From positions 1 to 10,940 of the forward strand of contig JAEOTS010000132.1 of assembly GCA_016839745.1 (NCBI GenBank): a stretch of 10,940 nucleotides of DNA. The letters run 5' to 3'. The stretch's first letter is position 1, and every line of letters begins with the position of its first letter. This DNA comes from Promethearchaeota archaeon (lineage in GTDB: Archaea; Asgardarchaeota; Lokiarchaeia; Sigyniarchaeales; SOKP01). The notes under the pieces are model-generated. The model saw only the letters and a list, made by a program, of their open reading frames with translations. It did not search any database and was not told the DNA's origin. The translations under genes were made by a program, and so were the position numbers. Below are positions 7,978 to 10,940 of this stretch, piece after piece.

Positions 7978-9055
7978 AATAATTATGTTTATCAAATGGA
8001 ATATAGATATCATCTAGAATTGATCCTTTAGCTTCTTTAATTTTAATATTACTAATAATGGGTTCAAATTCGCCCCCTAATAAACCGTTTGCTATAAAAG
8101 CCGCACCTTGAGCAGCATGCTTTGATATGTTACCGTATGACTTCATTAGTTTAACAGGAAACAAATCTTCTAAACAATTGCTAATAGTTTCTTTAATATA
8201 TTGTAATTCTGACGATCTACCCGCTAGTAGTATTTCAGCAATTTTATCTTTATTTGAATAAGAGGAAGAAATTGCGTGAATTGCTTTAGTCAATTCTGAT
8301 AAATAAGCATCAAAAGCCAATTTTATCTGTGCGTCTTTTTTAGCTAATAATATGATATCTTTTAAAGTAAAATCTAAATGTCCTGAAATAAAAAAAAGTC
8401 CACCACTATAAATATCCTTTTTATTAATATTTTTAATTAGGTAAGCAAGTTCTCCATCGAGGCTCCCACAGGCTCTTAAACCCATAATGTTAGAGCCCCC
8501 TATTCCATCAATAACTTGACCATTTTCAATAGCTAAAACTGATGTAAACCCATATCCAATTTCAACCATAATAAAATTAGTACTTTTTGGATTAATTTTT
8601 AACCTTTCTACTTGGTCTCTTATCCCCGTAACGGCTGTGCATAATTTATCTGCTGTTCCCATATCAATTTTATTTACTTTGCGATACCTAGGAATTGTAA
8701 GTAGATGCTTAACGCCAGGAATAATTATACCAGGAATCTTTTCTGCTTTTATCAAGCGAAGGATTTCACCTAATCCGATTAATTTATTTTTCTCCTTTGT
8801 ATCGAATTTCAACAGGGTTAGAAATATATCTTCTTCAGTTATATCTGAAACTCTTTTCAAGGGTAATCCAAATCCGCTTGGAGCTACAATTAAATCGATA
8901 TTCTCTACCGATTTTATAATGGCTAAAGCTTTACTCGGTTCTTCTATTAATTCATTTGAAGGAATAGAAGTATCTAAGATTATTTCTTTGTTTTCTAAAC
9001 CAAAAAAATCCCAAGATTTAGAGCCAGGATCTATACCAATTACCCGATACAACAA
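7976..9055 (-). CDS. DUF1464 family protein (ASKHA fold, annotated as predicted butyrate kinase-like)
   Basis: ASKHA phosphate-1 motif VIGIDPGSKSWD, APSGFGLP, IPGVKHL.TIP.YRK.NKIDMGTADK, VEIGYGF, DGIGGS, AAQGAA. TTG start. Confidence 0.88.
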   Translation of the reverse strand: MLYRVIGIDPGSKSWDFFGLENKEIILDTSIPSNELIEEPSKALAIIKSVENIDLIVAPSGFGLPLKRVSDITEEDIFLTLLKFDTKEKNKLIGLGEILRLIKAEKIPGIIIPGVKHLLTIPRYRKVNKIDMGTADKLCTAVTGIRDQVERLKINPKSTNFIMVEIGYGFTSVLAIENGQVIDGIGGSNIMGLRACGSLDGELAYLIKNINKKDIYSGGLFFISGHLDFTLKDIILLAKKDAQIKLAFDAYLSELTKAIHAISSSYSNKDKIAEILLAGRSSELQYIKETISNCLEDLFPVKLMKSYGNISKHAAQGAAFIANGLLGGEFEPIISNIKIKEAKGSILDDIYIPFDKHNY

Positions 9056-9081
9056 AAATCAAGTTCTATTTAATTTGCTAA

Positions 9082-9089
9082 TTATAAAA
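9082..9089 (-). promoter_or_regulatory. Candidate TATA box for the DUF1464-DHPS transcript (leaderless or short leader)
   Basis: Minus strand TTTTATAA centred about 30 nt upstream of the TTG start, with no SD between them. The AT-rich background limits confidence. Confidence 0.4.
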
Positions 9090-9227
9090 GTTCAATAATT
9101 CTTTTTATTTTTGTTAATTTTTAATGCTTCTTGATCGAAGGAAAAAGATGATTATTTTATTATAAAGTTTTAAAGAACTTGGATATATTCTTACTTATAC
9201 TACTGAAAATTATTATTATCATATCTA

Positions 9228-9977
9228 ATGTCCTCTAATTTTCAAATAGATTTCACATCTATAGGCTTAAAAAAAAATTATTTATATGAAATCTTAGCTA
9301 CCACATTTTCGATAGATGGTACCCTAATGGTTCCAAATACTGCTAGTATGGGTCTCAGGTTAGTGGATAAGGAATTATTTAAAATTTGGCCTTATCCAAA
9401 TACAACCACTTATAAAAACATAGAAAACAATAAATTCCTTGTATTAAATTTTATTGATGATGTATTTCTATATGCGCTAACATCTTTAAAAGGTTATAAC
9501 TTGTCTAAAAGTGATAGAGCTTTATCAGAAAAATATTATAATTACTATACTCTTGGTGTTAAAGAGGAGTATAAAGATTTTGCTAAAAGAATTACATCTG
9601 CAGATTCTATTCAACTCCCTTATTTAAATCAAGCCTGGGCTATAATAGTCTGTATTGCAACGAATATAAATCAAATTTTAAGAAAGGACGATTTTGGTGA
9701 ATTTAAGTTAATGGAAGTAAATTTAACTGTTATATCCTACGAGAAATACAGGGAATCTTTTAAATTGTTTAATAGAGCGGAAAATTTAACTTTAGAAACT
9801 ATCGTATTAGCTACTAAATTAAATGTTGCGATAGAAAAAAAAGAAAGAGCCTTAACCGAATCAATAAAGCGAAAAATTGAAGAAAATGTAAGCAATGTAA
9901 TGAGATTTGGAAAAAATGTGAGTGCTTTAAAAGCGATTGAACATGTTACAGACTACATTAAAGGATTAGAGTCCTAG
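9228..9977 (+). CDS. DUF447 family protein (flavin-binding split-barrel fold), associated with methanopterin gene clusters
   Basis: YEILATT...PNTASMG, TTTYKNI...VLNFIDD and C-terminal helical FNRAENLTLETIVLATKL; consistent gene context. Confidence 0.82.
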   Translation: MSSNFQIDFTSIGLKKNYLYEILATTFSIDGTLMVPNTASMGLRLVDKELFKIWPYPNTTTYKNIENNKFLVLNFIDDVFLYALTSLKGYNLSKSDRALSEKYYNYYTLGVKEEYKDFAKRITSADSIQLPYLNQAWAIIVCIATNINQILRKDDFGEFKLMEVNLTVISYEKYRESFKLFNRAENLTLETIVLATKLNVAIEKKERALTESIKRKIEENVSNVMRFGKNVSALKAIEHVTDYIKGLES

Positions 9978-10369
9978 TTTTTATTTCTTATTTTTTCAAT
10001 GAACATCAAAGGGTATTTAAGTTCTTCAATCCACTCTACTTTTGCAGTTATTTCAACCGAGTTAAACTCAAGAACGACTGTCGCGGCTATTGATATGCCA
10101 GATAACTCATCATACTCAAATTCGGTGGTTTTATTACCCTGAATTTTATCCCGATTGATATTAATCTTAACGGATTTCACATATGGTTGGCAGGAGATTG
10201 ATGCTTCAATACCTTTTTCAATAGACTCTATAATTATAGGGTTCGATGAAATTGGCAAGCCACATAAAATATGATAAAGAGCTCCTAATTTTATGCCTAT
10301 TTCGAAGCATGCTCTTTCTCTATCGTTTATATCATAAGAAAAATACGCGTTTTCTTTGCCATTTGACAT
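9974..10369 (-). CDS. mptD: Archaeal dihydroneopterin aldolase
   Basis: RERACFEIGIKLGALYH, QPYV, Y.ELSG, LKYPLMFI; 131 aa; TAATG stop/start overlap with the RFAP synthase gene. Confidence 0.9.
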   Translation of the reverse strand: MSNGKENAYFSYDINDRERACFEIGIKLGALYHILCGLPISSNPIIIESIEKGIEASISCQPYVKSVKININRDKIQGNKTTEFEYDELSGISIAATVVLEFNSVEITAKVEWIEELKYPLMFIEKIRNKN

Positions 10370-10940
10370 TAATTCTCATCAACAAATTCAATTTTTGCTC
10401 CATTATTATTGGGTTTGCATAAGTAGATGTGTCCACCTATACTATTAAGACTGATCTGAACATCTTTTAAAAGTTTGTTTGCTTCCTCATCAGATTCTAC
10501 AATCCCAAATACACTAGGTCCGAATGAAGACATTCCAAAAGCTTTTACTCCATATTCTTCAAAAAAAGTGAGTGTCTTTTTTACGATTTCATGTTGTAAA
10601 GAGATTTCGATTTTTTTGAATCCTATGTTCTGTATTCTTTTTAAACCTTCACCAAAACATTCTAAATCTTTTTTAATGATTCCTGGTACAATTTTCATTA
10701 AAATTTGGTGCGAAACTTCATTGACTTCTTCTTTTGGAATTGGAGCATGACTTTGAAAGATGCTTACCTCTTCATCACCATAAGCACCCTTCTTTACATT
10801 AGGTATAACTAACACAAATCTCCAATGCTCTGGAACGGGATATCTTAAGATTGTAAGCGCAGGATTAGCTTCTTTTGATGCTGAGGAAGGTAGAAATGTT
10901 TCTTTCTCTTTTCCTTTACCAAATTCATGTCCCGCATCAA
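10369..10940 (-). CDS. mptG: Beta-ribofuranosylaminobenzene 5'-phosphate (beta-RFAP) synthase, GHMP superfamily; 5' end outside the window
   Basis: The frame stays open past the ORF-track start (10815) to the edge: DAGH....FLPSSAS...RYPVPEHWRFVLVIP. Also EE..IFQ, IQNIGFKKIE, GMSSFGPSVFG and PNNNGA. Confidence 0.9.
   Translation of the reverse strand, partial: DAGHEFGKGKEKETFLPSSASKEANPALTILRYPVPEHWRFVLVIPNVKKGAYGDEEVSIFQSHAPIPKEEVNEVSHQILMKIVPGIIKKDLECFGEGLKRIQNIGFKKIEISLQHEIVKKTLTFFEEYGVKAFGMSSFGPSVFGIVESDEEANKLLKDVQISLNSIGGHIYLCKPNNNGAKIEFVDEN

Noticed and set aside
7967-7978. Selenocysteine or readthrough fusion of DUF1464 with the in-frame DHPS-like gene
   Set aside because: Would need to bypass both TGA and TAA; both proteins have complete family-like ends and no SECIS-like hairpin was evident.
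8637-9098. 153-aa plus-strand ORF
   Set aside because: Antisense to DUF1464 with Ile/Ser/Phe-rich shadow composition.
9974-9977. Convergent stop codons sharing the CTAG palindrome; possible amber recoding
   Set aside because: Common 4-nt convergent overlap; both proteins end where expected.
10475-10750. 91-aa plus-strand ORF
   Set aside because: Antisense shadow of RFAP synthase.

Overview
AT-rich, gene-dense archaeal window; gene content suggests Asgard/Lokiarchaeia-like, which is an inference. It is a C1-cofactor biosynthesis neighbourhood: cofG-cofH (FO/F420) on the left and a methanopterin-type cluster on the right (beta-RFAP synthase running off the window, mptD, DUF447, DUF1464, MJ0107-like dihydropteroate-synthase-related gene). 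Between them lie a Glu/Leu/Phe/Val-family dehydrogenase fused to a CBS pair, an alkaline-phosphatase-superfamily enzyme and a small ABM protein. Main findings: (1) the dehydrogenase keeps its catalytic lysines but has lost the glutamate-specificity residues in a pattern matching an engineered methionine dehydrogenase, and its CBS pair resembles SAM-binding archaeal CBS modules, suggesting a SAM-regulated methionine or hydrophobic amino-acid dehydrogenase; (2) the DHPS-like frame extends 151 codons upstream of the ORF-track start and appears to begin at ATT. No RNA genes, CRISPR arrays or mobile elements were seen. Family calls rest on motif recognition; no searches were run.
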